Both the position numbers and the translations under genes were made by a program. This document shows positions 31,186 through 41,121 of a stretch of DNA of 64,000 nucleotides, piece after piece; position 1 is the stretch's first letter; each line of letters begins with the position of its first letter. This DNA is from an uncultured cyanobacterium (GTDB taxonomy: Bacteria > Cyanobacteriota > Cyanobacteriia > PCC-6307 > Cyanobiaceae): assembly GCA_963697335.1 (NCBI GenBank), contig CAVONQ010000018.1, positions 352,001 to 416,000 of the forward strand, given 5' to 3'. Below the pieces are notes generated by a model that saw only the letters and a list, made by a program, of their open reading frames with translations, did no database searches and was not told the DNA's origin.

Positions 31186-32109
31186 TTATCCCGTTTCGCC
31201 TGGAGCGAGCGGAGGCTCTGCGGGAGGGCGCGGGGTGTTCTGAGGGGCTTCTGGGGAGGCTGTTGGGGGCTCTTCCGGGGGGGCTTCCAGCTCCTGCAGC
31301 AAGGCCTCGACGCCCTCGAGGGAGTCGACCACCACCACGGTGGCCGCGGGATCTGCTGTCTCCGCAGCGGCGGTGGGGTCAGATCCCGCGGCTGCTTCCG
31401 GTCCGGTGGAGGTCTCGGCGCCGGCGGCTGGAGCCGAACCTTCAGCGCCTTGAACCACCTCTGGTGTTCCGAACGTCACCGACTCGCTCGCCTCTGCCCT
31501 CGCCGTCTCCTGGGCCTCGGCCTCCTCCCCTGTCTGCGCCGCCTCTGTCTCCGGGATCTCCTGCTCCGGCACCACCTCTGCCTCCCCAGTGTCATCGGCC
31601 GCTTCTGAGGCCCGTGGCGCTTCACTCACCGCTGCAGCGGCCCCGGCCCCGGCCTCGACCGCTGCCGTGGTCTCGGAGGGCTCAAGGCGCACCCAGCGCT
31701 TGGTCGTCTGGCGAGGCTGTGTCTTCTGGCGCATCCAGCCCAGCAGGCCCGCCCCCAGGCCTCCGGTCAGCTCCAGCAGGCGGGCCAGGCTGGCGCCCAG
31801 TTCCGCCAGGCTCTGCTGCCAGCGCTCGGACGACCACAGGCGCTGCTGCTCCTCGGCAGTCAGCTGGCGCCAGCGGGCCTGTCCCACCTCCAGGCCCAGC
31901 CGGCCCACCAGCAGTCCACCGCAGAGCACGGCCAGCATCGGCGCTCCCCTGAGCCGCTCGGCACTGGTGACCAGCACCAGGCCCAGCAGCAGCACCACGC
32001 CGCCCCAGAGGGAGTCGCGGGGGCGGCTCAGCTCCGTGGCCAGCACCGGCAGCAGCAGCACGGTGAGCCCGAGCATCAGGGCCAGGGCTCCCCCCAAGGT
32101 CGCGAGCAT
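31186..32109 (-). CDS. Ycf66 family protein with acidic low-complexity tail
   Basis: N-terminal TMs with ELSRPRD motif; Ala/Glu/Pro-rich C-terminus. Confidence 0.7.
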   Translation of the reverse strand: MLATLGGALALMLGLTVLLLPVLATELSRPRDSLWGGVVLLLGLVLVTSAERLRGAPMLAVLCGGLLVGRLGLEVGQARWRQLTAEEQQRLWSSERWQQSLAELGASLARLLELTGGLGAGLLGWMRQKTQPRQTTKRWVRLEPSETTAAVEAGAGAAAAVSEAPRASEAADDTGEAEVVPEQEIPETEAAQTGEEAEAQETARAEASESVTFGTPEVVQGAEGSAPAAGAETSTGPEAAAGSDPTAAAETADPAATVVVVDSLEGVEALLQELEAPPEEPPTASPEAPQNTPRPPAEPPLAPGETG

Positions 32110-32240
32110 GGCGTCGGGGCAAGGGTCCCCATTTTGAGCCGACTCCGTGCCAGGCGCTGGTGGCTGGGGCCCGGTGTCGGTGACCGGGGAGGCCCGGCCG
32201 TGGGCCTGACACGGGGGTGTTGCTTACAGTTGCCTTACCT

Positions 32241-32323
32241 GCCCACCTGGCGGAATTTGGTAGACGCGCTGGGTTTAGGTTCCAGTGGCCTTGGTCGTGG
32301 GGGTTCAAGTCCCCCGGTGGGCA
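32241..32323 (+). tRNA. tRNA-Leu (anticodon TAG)
   Basis: Acceptor GCCCACC/GGTGGGC, D-loop TGGTAGA, anticodon arm CTGGG-TTTAGGT-TCCAG, long variable arm, T arm GGGGG-TTCAAGT-CCCCC. Confidence 0.95.
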
Positions 32324-32378
32324 TCAACCTTTGCTTAAGTTGCAGGCCATCTGATTGCTTCGCGGCCCGTCCCAGTCC

Positions 32379-33401
32379 ATGACCCAGGCTTCCGCCGTTG
32401 AGCGCCACCTGGCTGTGGGCCCGCTCGGTCGGTCTCCGTCCAGCTCCGTTCCCCGGCAATATCTCGATGCTCCGGCCGCCTGGAATCCCACGGTTGGCCT
32501 CTTTCTGGGCGGCTTTGCCCTGGCGGGGCTCACGATCTGGGGCTGGTTCGTGGGGCAGTGGCCCCTAGGGGTGCTGTTGATCACCGGTTTTCTGGCCCTG
32601 CACCTGGAGGGCACCGTGATCCACGACGCCTGCCATAACGCAGCCCATCCCAGCCGCTTCTGGAATGCGGTGATGGGCCACGGGGCGGCTCTGCTGCTGG
32701 GCTTCAGCTTCCCGGTGTTCACCAGGGTGCATCTCCAGCACCACGCCCATGTGAACGATCCGAAGCACGATCCGGATCACATCGTCAGCACATTTGGGCC
32801 GCTATGGCTGATTGCGCCGCGGTTTTTCTACCACGAGTTGTTCTTCTTTCGCCGCCGCCTGTGGCGACGGTATGAATTGCTGGAGTGGGGAATCGCTCGG
32901 GCCATCTTCTTCTCGATTGTTTTGGCGGGCGCCAAATATGGATTCATGCCCTTCATCTTCAACTGCTGGTTTGCGCCGGCGCTGATGGTGGGTGTCACCT
33001 TGGGCCTTTTCTTTGACTACCTGCCCCACCGGCCGTTCCAATCGCGCAATCGCTGGCACAACGCCCGCGTGTATCCCAGCAGGCTGATGAACTGGCTGAT
33101 CATGGGTCAGAACTATCATCTGATCCATCACCTCTGGCCCTCCATCCCCTGGTTTGAATACAAGCCCGCATATCACGCCACCAAGCACATTCTCGATGCG
33201 AAGGGATCGCCCCAGCGCCTGGGCTTGTTTGAAACTCGCTCCGACAGTCTCAACTTCCTCTATGACATCCTGCTGGGAGTCCGCAGCCACCGCAAGCGCC
33301 GCAGCAAGTTGCGCCCCCTGGCGGCCCTGATGCCCACGCGCCATGCCCGGCGGCGTGTCCTCGAGGTTCTGCATCGCACGGCCATCTCGCCGGTGCGCTG
33401 A
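32379..33401 (+). CDS. crtR: Beta-carotene hydroxylase
   Basis: His boxes HDACH, HLQHHAH, HLIHH; FFDYLPHRPF. Confidence 0.93.
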   Translation: MTQASAVERHLAVGPLGRSPSSSVPRQYLDAPAAWNPTVGLFLGGFALAGLTIWGWFVGQWPLGVLLITGFLALHLEGTVIHDACHNAAHPSRFWNAVMGHGAALLLGFSFPVFTRVHLQHHAHVNDPKHDPDHIVSTFGPLWLIAPRFFYHELFFFRRRLWRRYELLEWGIARAIFFSIVLAGAKYGFMPFIFNCWFAPALMVGVTLGLFFDYLPHRPFQSRNRWHNARVYPSRLMNWLIMGQNYHLIHHLWPSIPWFEYKPAYHATKHILDAKGSPQRLGLFETRSDSLNFLYDILLGVRSHRKRRSKLRPLAALMPTRHARRRVLEVLHRTAISPVR

Positions 33402-33453
33402 CCCAGGAGCTCACGGGGCCATCGCCCCCATCAGCCCATGGCGCCGATAGGTG

Positions 33454-33747
33454 TCAGCCCGCCAGGATCTGGGGCACCCGGAAGAAATCGCCTTCCCGGT
33501 GCGGCGCTAGATCCAGCAGCTCTTCCCGCACAGGCGTTGGCAACACCGCATCCTCGCGGGTGACATTCACCACTTCCACGGCCCGGGTGGTGGCAGGGAC
33601 CCCTTCAGTGTCCACGCTTTCAAGGTGGGCCACGTATTCGAGGATGCGCTCCAGCTGGGCCGTGTAGGTGGTGATCTTGTCCTCCGGCAGGGCGAGCCGG
33701 GCCAGCTGGGCCACCTTGCGCACGTCATCCGTGGTGATCTGGCTCAT
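33454..33747 (-). CDS. gatC: Asp/Glu-tRNA amidotransferase subunit C
   Basis: [15 protein letters not shown]...FFRVPQIL. Confidence 0.95.
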   Translation of the reverse strand: MSQITTDDVRKVAQLARLALPEDKITTYTAQLERILEYVAHLESVDTEGVPATTRAVEVVNVTREDAVLPTPVREELLDLAPHREGDFFRVPQILAG

Positions 33748-33785
33748 GCGGCGATCCGCTCCGGCAGGGGTGCTGAGTTCTGAAA

Positions 33786-34604
33786 CTAGCTGTCGGATGC
33801 CAGGAAGCGTTCCAGATCGGCGCTGAGGGCGGTGGCCGCCAGGTCGAGGAAGTGCTGGCCATGCTCCGGCTGAGCCAGGAATGGATCGGAGCCCATGCGG
33901 CCATCGGGGTGGCGGCGGCGGAAGTCGGCCGGGCCGTGGATCGGCCCGGCGGGGGCGGCCTCCGGCAGGGGCCGCTGCTTGCTCTGCAGGCTGGGCTCGA
34001 GGTGGAGTGTGAGGGCGATCTCACTGGGGGTGGCGTGGTGGCCCTCCCGGTCGCCGTACAGCTCCCGCGCCTTCTGGAACACCGGCGCCGCCATGAACCA
34101 GTTGGCCATGCGGCAACGCAGCCGTTCCGCCCCTGGCAGACCCCGACTGGCCGCCGTGGCGTAGGCCTGGGCAAAGGCGGCCTTGCCGGTGGCGATGTTG
34201 CCGCCGTGGCCATTGACCACGAAGATCCGCTCAAAGCCATGGCCCGCCAGGGAGAGCACGATGTCGTGCAACACGGCGATCAGGGTGCTGGGCTGGAGGC
34301 TCACCGTGCCGGCGAAGCCCAGGTGGTGTTCCGCCATGCCGAAGGCCTGGGCCGGTGTCACCAGCACGCCGCTGCGACGGCCCACTTCCAGGGCGACGGC
34401 TTCAGCCGTGAGGGCATCGGTGCCGATGGCGCCGGTGGGCCCGTGCTGCTCGGTGGAGCCCAGCGGCACGATCACGCCTCGGCAGCGCTCCAGATAGGTC
34501 TCCACCTCAGGCCAGCTGCGCAGTTGCAGGCGGATGGCCTCAACACTGGCGGAGCCGCTCTCGGAGGGGGCTGGGTCGGGGGTGGCAGTGGCTGGAAGGG
34601 TCAC
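33786..34604 (-). CDS. Creatininase family amidohydrolase
   Basis: [21 protein letters not shown]...E motifs. Confidence 0.9.
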   Translation of the reverse strand: MTLPATATPDPAPSESGSASVEAIRLQLRSWPEVETYLERCRGVIVPLGSTEQHGPTGAIGTDALTAEAVALEVGRRSGVLVTPAQAFGMAEHHLGFAGTVSLQPSTLIAVLHDIVLSLAGHGFERIFVVNGHGGNIATGKAAFAQAYATAASRGLPGAERLRCRMANWFMAAPVFQKARELYGDREGHHATPSEIALTLHLEPSLQSKQRPLPEAAPAGPIHGPADFRRRHPDGRMGSDPFLAQPEHGQHFLDLAATALSADLERFLASDS

Positions 34605-34703
34605 AGGCAGGGCTGAGCTGCGTTCATCCTGGCGGGGTCATGGTGAACAGCGGGATGACGGCATGCACTGCCTAGAGTTATCGGGCGCTGCGTCGCTGTG
34701 CCC

Positions 34704-34994
34704 ATGCTGCACCGCAAGCTCTATCAGTTCTGTGCTGAAAAACGGCCCGTCTGGGTGTTCCTGCGCGATCAACAGCGCTGGATCGAGGAGGCCCTGATCA
34801 CGGAGATCGAAGGCGACCTGGTGACCCTCCACTACGACGCCGAGGAGGACGACGAGACCCACAGCTGGGAAGAAAGCGTGCGGTTGGACTCGATCGGAGC
34901 CGTGAGCACACGCCTTTCGTATGTGAGTCGCAGCGGCATGGACGACCTTCCCACCGCTGAAGACTGCCCGGAGGCCGAACGGCTCAGCAGCTGA
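34704..34994 (+). CDS. Conserved acidic hypothetical cyanobacterial protein
   Basis: MLHRKLYQF...VFLRDQQRWIE...SWEESVRLDSIGAV. Confidence 0.75.
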   Translation: MLHRKLYQFCAEKRPVWVFLRDQQRWIEEALITEIEGDLVTLHYDAEEDDETHSWEESVRLDSIGAVSTRLSYVSRSGMDDLPTAEDCPEAERLSS

Positions 34995-35007
34995 TCTCAG
35001 CTGCTGA
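34984..35007. terminator. Hairpin between convergent genes (possible bidirectional terminator)
   Basis: TCAGCAGCTGA-TC-TCAGCTGCTGA perfect inverted repeat; no U-tract. Confidence 0.45.
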
Positions 35008-35145
35008 TCAGTGGGCGGTGCCGTTGCCGTCATAGGCGTCGGTGTCGTAGTAGCCACCCTTGGTTCCGAAGAACAGGGTGGAGAGGCAGAACAGGCCACT
35101 GGTGAACAGCAGCACGGTGCCCAGGGTGAAACCGGAGGAGTCCAT
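35008..35145 (-). CDS. ndhP: NDH-1 complex subunit P (45 aa, not in ORF track)
   Basis: Hand translation [45 protein letters not shown]; the FFGT-GGYYD-Y-GNG-AH tail is characteristic of NdhP. Confidence 0.9.
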   Translation of the reverse strand: MDSSGFTLGTVLLFTSGLFCLSTLFFGTKGGYYDTDAYDGNGTAH

Positions 35146-35182
35146 GGCGAAGCGGCTGGAAAGCCCTGATGGTGCCACCAGT

Positions 35183-35767
35183 GTGCTCCCTGCCGCCTTC
35201 TTTGGCAGGCCTGCCGAGCAAGTGGCTCCGCAGCTGGTGGGCTGCTGGCTGATCCGCCGGCTCGAGACGGGCGAGCACCTGCGCGGCCTGATCGTGGAAA
35301 CGGAGGCCTACGCCCAGCAGGAGCCGGCCTGCCATGGCGCCCGCCGCCGCTCCCCCCAGAACGAAACCCTGTTTGGTGAGCCCGGCCACTTTTATGTGTA
35401 TCTCACCTACGGCATCCACCACTGCGTGAATCTGGTGACCGGCTGCCAAGGTGAGGCCAGCGGCGTGCTGCTGCGGGCGGTGCAGCTCCCCGATGAGCCT
35501 GCGCGGGTGGCGGCCGGTCCGGGGCTGCTGGCCAGGCGGTTCGGCATCGATCGCCGCCACGACGGCCTGCCGGCGCTGCCGGACTCCGGCCTCTGGCTGG
35601 CACCGCGCCGGCTGCCGGCCGGGATGGATCCCCAGCTCACCCAGACCACGCGCATCGGCATCAGCCAGGCCCGGGAGCTGCCCTGGCGCTGGTACCTGCG
35701 CGCCAGCCCCTGTGTCAGCCGCCGCGCCCGCGGCGATCGGCTGCCCCGCCCGGGGGCAGGCCTCTAG
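35183..35767 (+). CDS. 3-methyladenine DNA glycosylase (AAG/MPG family; start uncertain)
   Basis: [41 protein letters not shown]. Confidence 0.9.
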   Translation: MLPAAFFGRPAEQVAPQLVGCWLIRRLETGEHLRGLIVETEAYAQQEPACHGARRRSPQNETLFGEPGHFYVYLTYGIHHCVNLVTGCQGEASGVLLRAVQLPDEPARVAAGPGLLARRFGIDRRHDGLPALPDSGLWLAPRRLPAGMDPQLTQTTRIGISQARELPWRWYLRASPCVSRRARGDRLPRPGAGL

Positions 35768-35778
35768 GTTGAACGCGT

Positions 35779-36816
35779 TTGCGCCTCCTTGGATTGGGCA
35801 GCTGGGGTCATCGCCATGTGATTGATCTGGCGACCTTTTCGCTGGCCGATCTGGCCATGGTGCTGGAGTTGGCGCAGCGCTTCCGAGCTATGCCGGTCAG
35901 CGGCGCCCGCAAGCTGCCGGCGTTGCAGGGGCGCCTGATGACCAGCCTGTTCTTTGAGCCGAGCACCCGCACCCGCAGCAGCTTTGAGCTGGCGGCCCGG
36001 CGCCTCTCCGCCGATGTGCAGAGCTTCTCGCCCTCGTCGAGCTCCCTGGCCAAGGGGGAGAGCCTGCTGGACACGGCCCGCACCTACGTGGCCATGGGGG
36101 CCGACGTGCTGGTGGTGCGGCATCGCTGCGCGGGCATTCCGCAAGTGCTGGCGGAGCACCTGGATCAAGCCGGCGAGCGGGTGGCGGTGCTCAATGCCGG
36201 CGATGGCCTGCACAGCCACCCCAGCCAGGCCCTGCTGGACCTGTTCACCATGGCGCGCCACTTCGATCCCCTGTCCCCCACGCCCGAGAGCCTGCGGGGC
36301 CGGCGCATCGTGATCGTGGGGGATGTGCTCCATTCCCGGGTGGCCCGCTCCAACCTCTGGGCCCTCACCGCCTGTGGAGCCGAGGTGGTGCTGTGCGGGC
36401 CGGCCACCCTGCTGCCGGAGAGCTTTGCGGCCTTCGTGGCGGCTCCCCCGCCCGGCCAGGCCTGTGATCCGGTGCCGGAGAGGGGAGGCGTGACGGTGCT
36501 GCGCGATCTCGATGCCGCCCTCGACGGTGCCGACGCGGTGATGACCCTGCGCCTGCAGAAGGAGCGCATGCGCAGCCACCTGCTCACCAGCCTGGACTCC
36601 TACCACCGGGCCTATGGCCTCAGCCACGAGCGCCTCAGGCGCTGTGGCCGTGCCGTGCCCGTGCTCCATCCCGGCCCAGTGAACCGCGGCGTGGAGATGG
36701 CCTCGGCCCTGCTGGATGACCCCGCCGTGTGTGTGGTGGAGGAGCAGGTGCGCAACGGCATCCCGGTGCGGATGGCGCTGCTGTATCTGCTGGCGACTGA
36801 AGCGATGGCGGCCTAG
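35779..36816 (+). CDS. pyrB: Aspartate carbamoyltransferase catalytic subunit
   Basis: [39 protein letters not shown]. Confidence 0.97.
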   Translation: MRLLGLGSWGHRHVIDLATFSLADLAMVLELAQRFRAMPVSGARKLPALQGRLMTSLFFEPSTRTRSSFELAARRLSADVQSFSPSSSSLAKGESLLDTARTYVAMGADVLVVRHRCAGIPQVLAEHLDQAGERVAVLNAGDGLHSHPSQALLDLFTMARHFDPLSPTPESLRGRRIVIVGDVLHSRVARSNLWALTACGAEVVLCGPATLLPESFAAFVAAPPPGQACDPVPERGGVTVLRDLDAALDGADAVMTLRLQKERMRSHLLTSLDSYHRAYGLSHERLRRCGRAVPVLHPGPVNRGVEMASALLDDPAVCVVEEQVRNGIPVRMALLYLLATEAMAA

Positions 36817-36820
36817 GGCC

Positions 36821-37189
36821 TCACAACAGCTTGAAGCCATCCAGCAGCAGCCCGTAGAGGAGGCCAAACCTGGCCATGTCCAGCAGGTTGAGGCCGAGCC
36901 GCTGTTCGGCGTGGCGCAGCAGGGGCCCCCGGGCCCGGACCGCGAGCTCGATCAACAGCACGCAGATCACGGCGCCGATCGGGTCGATCTGGGCGAGCTG
37001 ACCGCTGATCGAGGCGACCACACCACCGATCGAAAAGCTCGTCAGCAGCACGATCAGCTGCAGGGAGAGCCGGCGCCACGGATTGCTGGCCCAGCGCTGC
37101 AGCCTGCCGCCGGCCTGGGCGATGGTCTGCTGGAAGCGGGTCTGCTGAAGGCGGGTCTGCTGAGCGGGCCGTTGCTGGAGGTTGGCCAC
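36821..37189 (-). CDS. DUF565 / Ycf20-like membrane protein
   Basis: QQTR...NPWRRLS...GLLYGLLLDGFKL. Confidence 0.8.
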   Translation of the reverse strand: MANLQQRPAQQTRLQQTRFQQTIAQAGGRLQRWASNPWRRLSLQLIVLLTSFSIGGVVASISGQLAQIDPIGAVICVLLIELAVRARGPLLRHAEQRLGLNLLDMARFGLLYGLLLDGFKLL

Positions 37190-37335
37190 GGACGGGTCGG
37201 GGGAGTCAGCGGCAAGAGGTGGGCAGGACGGTTGAGCTGGCGATCCCCATCACCCGGCCCGGTCCTGCCTGCCATGGTCTACACCATCTCTGGAGCCTTG
37301 ACAGCCCCTTGACGCTACTGATAGGGGATTCCAAT

Positions 37336-37363
37336 AAAAAAGCCCGGGGCCAGGGGCCCGGGC
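37336..37363 (-). terminator. Intrinsic terminator
   Basis: GCCCGGG/CCCGGGC stem followed on the minus strand by T6. Confidence 0.75.
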
Positions 37364-37483
37364 GGGTGATGGGGACTCCGTAAAGAAAGCGATCGATGAC
37401 GGCCGGATCAAGGGGCCTGGGTCGTTTGACGGAGCGTCCATTGACACCCTTGACGCCAAGCCCGGGGCTGCTCAGGCCGGGAC

Positions 37484-37681
37484 TCAGCTGTCGCTTTCCT
37501 TCTTGCGCGATGACTTGCCCTCCAGCAGTTCGAGCAACGCCTCCATCTGGGCCATCACTCCCCGCACTTCACCGGCTTCCGGCAGCAGACCGTCCTCCAT
37601 GACCCCCTGATGCATCTCACGGAGCTCCTGGCGGATGTAGCGCAGGTGGCTCACCACCTGTTCGCGCTTCGACTGCGACAT
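37484..37681 (-). CDS. Conserved small hypothetical protein
   Basis: 65 aa MSQSKREQVVSHLRYIRQELREMHQG..., with coding-like codon usage. Confidence 0.75.
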   Translation of the reverse strand: MSQSKREQVVSHLRYIRQELREMHQGVMEDGLLPEAGEVRGVMAQMEALLELLEGKSSRKKESDS

Positions 37682-37759
37682 GGATGGGCAGAAACTGTCA
37701 CGTCTCTTTTACAACATCGCCTGTTTCGCATCGATCGGGGCCTGGATCAGCTTCCGGGA

Positions 37760-37933
37760 TCACTTCTGGCCGAACCGGGCCCGGGCCTCGGCGTAGAAGG
37801 CCCGATCCACTTGCTCCAGGCCAGCTTCAGCGGCCATGGCCTCAATGCGTCTGCGTACGGCAGGCCGCACAAAGAAGGGCACTTCCTTGAGGGCGGCCTC
37901 GGCCTCAGCTGTCCATGACACGGGGGCTGGCAT
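37760..37933 (-). CDS. PCP_red (protochlorophyllide reductase C-terminal-like) domain protein
   Basis: WTAEAEAALKEVPFFVRPAVRRRIEAMA motif. Confidence 0.8.
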   Translation of the reverse strand: MPAPVSWTAEAEAALKEVPFFVRPAVRRRIEAMAAEAGLEQVDRAFYAEARARFGQK

Positions 37934-37982
37934 CGGCGGTGGGGCCTGCGGTGCGACGCAAGCCAGCCTGCCAGACTCGCAA

Positions 37983-38055
37983 TGGAGAATAGGGGACTCG
38001 AACCCCTGACCTCTGCGGTGCGATCGCAGCGCTCTACCAGCTGAGCTAATTCCCC
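37983..38055 (-). tRNA. tRNA-Ala (anticodon CGC)
   Basis: GGGGAATTAGCTCAGCTGGTAGAGCGCTGCGATCGCACCGCAGAGGTCAGGGGTTCGAGTCCCCTATTCTCCA; G3:U70 pair. Confidence 0.96.
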
Positions 38056-38120
38056 CCAGGGGGCCATTATCGCCCCAGACCCTCCATCGGCCAGTCCCTT
38101 CAACTGCCAGCCCCTCCGCC

Positions 38121-38339
38121 ATGGCCTCCCTGTCTGAGTCAATCACTCCGGAACGGCTTGCCGCCTTTGACGAGGCAATGACCGCCGTGCTGGCCCAGCG
38201 CCTGGACGACGACGATTACCCCACCCCCTTCGACGGCCTCGCGGACTGGCACCTGATGCGGGCCCTGGCGATCCACCGGCCCGAGCTGGCGCGTCCCTAC
38301 GTGCACTTGGTGGACCAGGAGCCCTTTGATGAGGACTGA
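38121..38339 (+). CDS. DUF2555-like small protein
   Basis: LAQRLDDDDYPTPFDGLADWHLMRALA. Confidence 0.75.
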   Translation: MASLSESITPERLAAFDEAMTAVLAQRLDDDDYPTPFDGLADWHLMRALAIHRPELARPYVHLVDQEPFDED

Positions 38340-39606
38340 GCGGCAGGGCCCGCCCCAGTCTCACCCCGCCCATGCCTCCATCCCCCCCGCCGACCCCCTC
38401 AGCGGGCGACACATCCTGGTGGGGATCAGCGGCAGCATCGCGGCGGTCAAGCTGCCGCTGCTGGTGAGCGCCCTGGTGCAGCGGGGGGCCGAGGTGCGCT
38501 GTGTGCTCACCCCCAGCGCCGAGCGCCTGGTGAGCGCCGCCTCCCTGGCCTGCCTCAGTCGCCAGCCCTGCTGCCTGGATGTCGATCAGTGGAGCCACCG
38601 GGCGCCCCGGCCCCTGCACGTGGAGCTGGCCGAGTGGGCGGAGCTGGTGCTGCTGGCTCCCCTCAGCGCCACCACCCTGGCCCGCTGGGTGCAGGGCCTC
38701 GGCGACACCCTGCTGGCCAGCACCCTGCTGGCCTGTGAGGCGCCGGTGCTGGCGGCCGCCGCCATGAACACCTCCATGTGGGCCTCGCCGGGGGTGCGGG
38801 CCAACTGGCAGGCCCTGCAGAGCTTCCCCACCGTGTTGCCCCTGGGCCCGGAGGCCGGACTGCTGGCCTGCGACCGCCAGGGCCAGGGCCGCATGGCCGA
38901 CCCCGAGCTGCTGCTGCTGGCGCTGGAATCCCTCGCCCTCTGGGGTCCGCAGCGGGACTGGCAGGGGCGGGGGCTGCTGGTGAGCGCCGGCCCCACCCGC
39001 GAGCCCCTGGATCCGGCCCGCTGCCTCACCAACCCGAGCACGGGTCGCATGGGCGTGCTGCTGGCCCAGGCGGCCCGGCTGCGGGGGGCCCGGGTGGAGC
39101 TGGTGCATGGTCCGCTGGCGCTGCCGGCCGGCTGGCTGGAGGGGCTTCACGCCGAGGCGGTGCTCACGGCGGCCGAGATGCGGGTGGCCCTGCTGGCCCG
39201 CCAGCCGGGGGTCCAGGCCGTGGCGATGGTGGCGGCCGTGGCCGACCACCGCCGCAGCGAGCCCATGCACACCAAGCTTGACAAGCAGGCCCTGGAGCAG
39301 GCCCTCGCCAGCGGCTGGGAGCCGGTGCCGGATCTGCTGGCCGAGCTGGTGAGCCGCCGGCCGCCGGGGCAGCGCATCCTCGGCTTCGCGGCCCAGACGG
39401 GCGATGTGCTCCCCCAGGCCCGGGCCAAGTTCGCGCGCAAGGGCTGCGATCTGCTGTTCGCCAACCCCATCGACCAGCCCCAGGCGGGCTTCGGCGGGCT
39501 CAGCACCAGCGGCTGGTTGCTCGGCCCTGGCGATCAGGTGAGCGTGTTGCCGGTCGCCCGCAAGCTGGCCGTGGCCCACCGTCTGCTCACGGCCCTGGCC
39601 GCCTGA
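38326..39606 (+). CDS. coaBC: Bifunctional phosphopantothenoylcysteine decarboxylase/synthetase
   Basis: GISGSIAAVK, AAMNTSMW, LACDRQGQGRM, SAGPTREPLDPAR, NPSTGRMG. Confidence 0.95.
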   Translation: MMRTERQGPPQSHPAHASIPPADPLSGRHILVGISGSIAAVKLPLLVSALVQRGAEVRCVLTPSAERLVSAASLACLSRQPCCLDVDQWSHRAPRPLHVELAEWAELVLLAPLSATTLARWVQGLGDTLLASTLLACEAPVLAAAAMNTSMWASPGVRANWQALQSFPTVLPLGPEAGLLACDRQGQGRMADPELLLLALESLALWGPQRDWQGRGLLVSAGPTREPLDPARCLTNPSTGRMGVLLAQAARLRGARVELVHGPLALPAGWLEGLHAEAVLTAAEMRVALLARQPGVQAVAMVAAVADHRRSEPMHTKLDKQALEQALASGWEPVPDLLAELVSRRPPGQRILGFAAQTGDVLPQARAKFARKGCDLLFANPIDQPQAGFGGLSTSGWLLGPGDQVSVLPVARKLAVAHRLLTALAA

Positions 39607-39624
39607 GCCAGGGCCAGGGGGCGT

Positions 39625-40077
39625 TCAGGCGGCCTGGTCCTGGTCCTGGTCAACATCGCTGGCGGGAGCTTCAGGCCGGGCGGCCTCCTCCTCCGCGGCG
39701 TCGACCTGCAGCAGATCGATGAACGTGCGCAGCTGCAGGCGGGGGATGTAGGGCCAGCCGCCGCTCTGTTCCATGCGGCGCAGCAGGTTGAACAGCAGGT
39801 TGCGGTCGGCGGGGAGGCTGCTCCTGAAGGCCCCGTCCTGAATGCTGCGATGCAGCATTTCAAGCTGCCGCAGCAGGTCGAGCAGCTGCTCGGGATCGCC
39901 TTTGATCTCTTCGGCCAGGCTGGCCATCTGGCTGAGCAGGCTTTCGAGCCGCTGCTGGCGCCCCTCCGTGAGGGTGGAGGGCTGGGGGGCTGCCTGGGCA
40001 GCGGGTTGGGTCGTGGGCTGTGGTGTGCTGATCGGAACCTTCGGCTCTCGCATACAGGTTGTTGAGAGCCGCGACAT
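39625..40077 (-). CDS. Conserved hypothetical protein (start uncertain)
   Basis: LLRQLEMLHRSIQDGAFRSSLP...EQSGGWPYIPR. Confidence 0.7.
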   Translation of the reverse strand: MSRLSTTCMREPKVPISTPQPTTQPAAQAAPQPSTLTEGRQQRLESLLSQMASLAEEIKGDPEQLLDLLRQLEMLHRSIQDGAFRSSLPADRNLLFNLLRRMEQSGGWPYIPRLQLRTFIDLLQVDAAEEEAARPEAPASDVDQDQDQAA

Positions 40078-40155
40078 CGTACGGGGAATCAGGGTTTTGC
40101 ACCGGTAGGATCCGCCCCGGCCCAGTTACTGCCCACTCTCTGCGGCGTTCTCCCC

Positions 40156-40977
40156 ATGCGTTTTCGTCCTCTGCTGGCCCTCGCGCTGGCGCTGTGTCTG
40201 ACCCTGGTGACCGCCTGCAGCGGTGGGGCCAAGGCCGTGGATCGCGCCAATCTCACCTACGAAGACATTCACAACACCGGCCTGGCCAACGACTGCCCCT
40301 CCCTGCCCGAATCGGCCCGCGGTTCGATCCCCCTGGATGCCGGCACCTCCTACCAGCTCAGGGAGATCTGCATGCACCCCGCGGAGGTGTTCGTGAAGGG
40401 CGAACCCGCCAACAAGCGCCAGGAGGCCCAGTTCGTCGCTGGCAAGATTCTCACCCGTTTCACCACCAGCCTCGATCAGGTCTTTGGCGACCTGACCGTC
40501 TCGGGTGACTCGCTCAACTTCAAGGAGCAGGGCGGTCTCGACTTCCAGATCGTCACCGTGCTGCTCCCCGGCGGTGAAGAGGTGCCCTTCGTGTTCTCCA
40601 GCAAGCAGCTCACGGCCAGTGCCGATGGCGCCGCCATCAGCACCAGCACGGATTTCACCGGCACCTACCGGGTGCCCAGCTACCGCACCTCGAACTTCCT
40701 CGATCCCAAGGCCCGGGGCCTCACCACCGGCGTGGACTACACCCAGGGCCTGGTGGGCCTCGGTGCCGATGGTGATGGTCTGGAGCGCGAGAACATCAAG
40801 AGCTATGTGGATGGCACCGGCTCGATGGAGCTTGCGATCACCCGGGTGGATGCCGCCACTGGTGAGTTCGCCGGGGTGTTCACCGCCGTGCAGCCCTCCG
40901 ACACCGACATGGGCTCCAAGGATCCCCTTGACGTGAAGATCACCGGTGAGGTCTACGGCCGTCTGGAGCAGGCCTGA
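40156..40977 (+). CDS. psbO: Photosystem II manganese-stabilizing protein
   Basis: LTYEDIHNTGLANDCP, LPGGEEVPF, VPSYRTSNFLDPKARG, QPSDTDMG. Confidence 0.97.
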   Translation: MRFRPLLALALALCLTLVTACSGGAKAVDRANLTYEDIHNTGLANDCPSLPESARGSIPLDAGTSYQLREICMHPAEVFVKGEPANKRQEAQFVAGKILTRFTTSLDQVFGDLTVSGDSLNFKEQGGLDFQIVTVLLPGGEEVPFVFSSKQLTASADGAAISTSTDFTGTYRVPSYRTSNFLDPKARGLTTGVDYTQGLVGLGADGDGLERENIKSYVDGTGSMELAITRVDAATGEFAGVFTAVQPSDTDMGSKDPLDVKITGEVYGRLEQA

Positions 40978-41019
40978 TCCGGCCAGCCCGCGGCCAGGTG
41001 CGTCTGACCGATCAACCTG

Positions 41020-41047
41020 AGAGGGGCCCTGCGGGCCCCTCTTTTTT
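41020..41047 (+). terminator. Intrinsic terminator after psbO
   Basis: AGAGGGGCCC-TGC-GGGCCCCTCT followed by a T tract. Confidence 0.85.
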
Positions 41048-41121
41048 GCCCATGCCGGCAGCAGCAACTCCGGGCCCGGGCCCGTCTGGGAGAATCGGGC
41101 ACCATCTACGCCGTCGTCCCG

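Noticed and set aside
29032..31608. 858-aa plus-strand ORF, and similar long antisense ORFs (16607..18307, 40126..42171, 42132..44360, 46138..47235, 48408..50444, 61886..63979)
   Set aside because: They mirror well-identified genes on the other strand and show no recognisable motifs; expected from GC-rich codon bias
32241..38055. tRNA-Leu and tRNA-Ala as island integration sites
   Set aside because: Both are flanked by core genes with no duplicated tRNA 3' end or mobile genes seen
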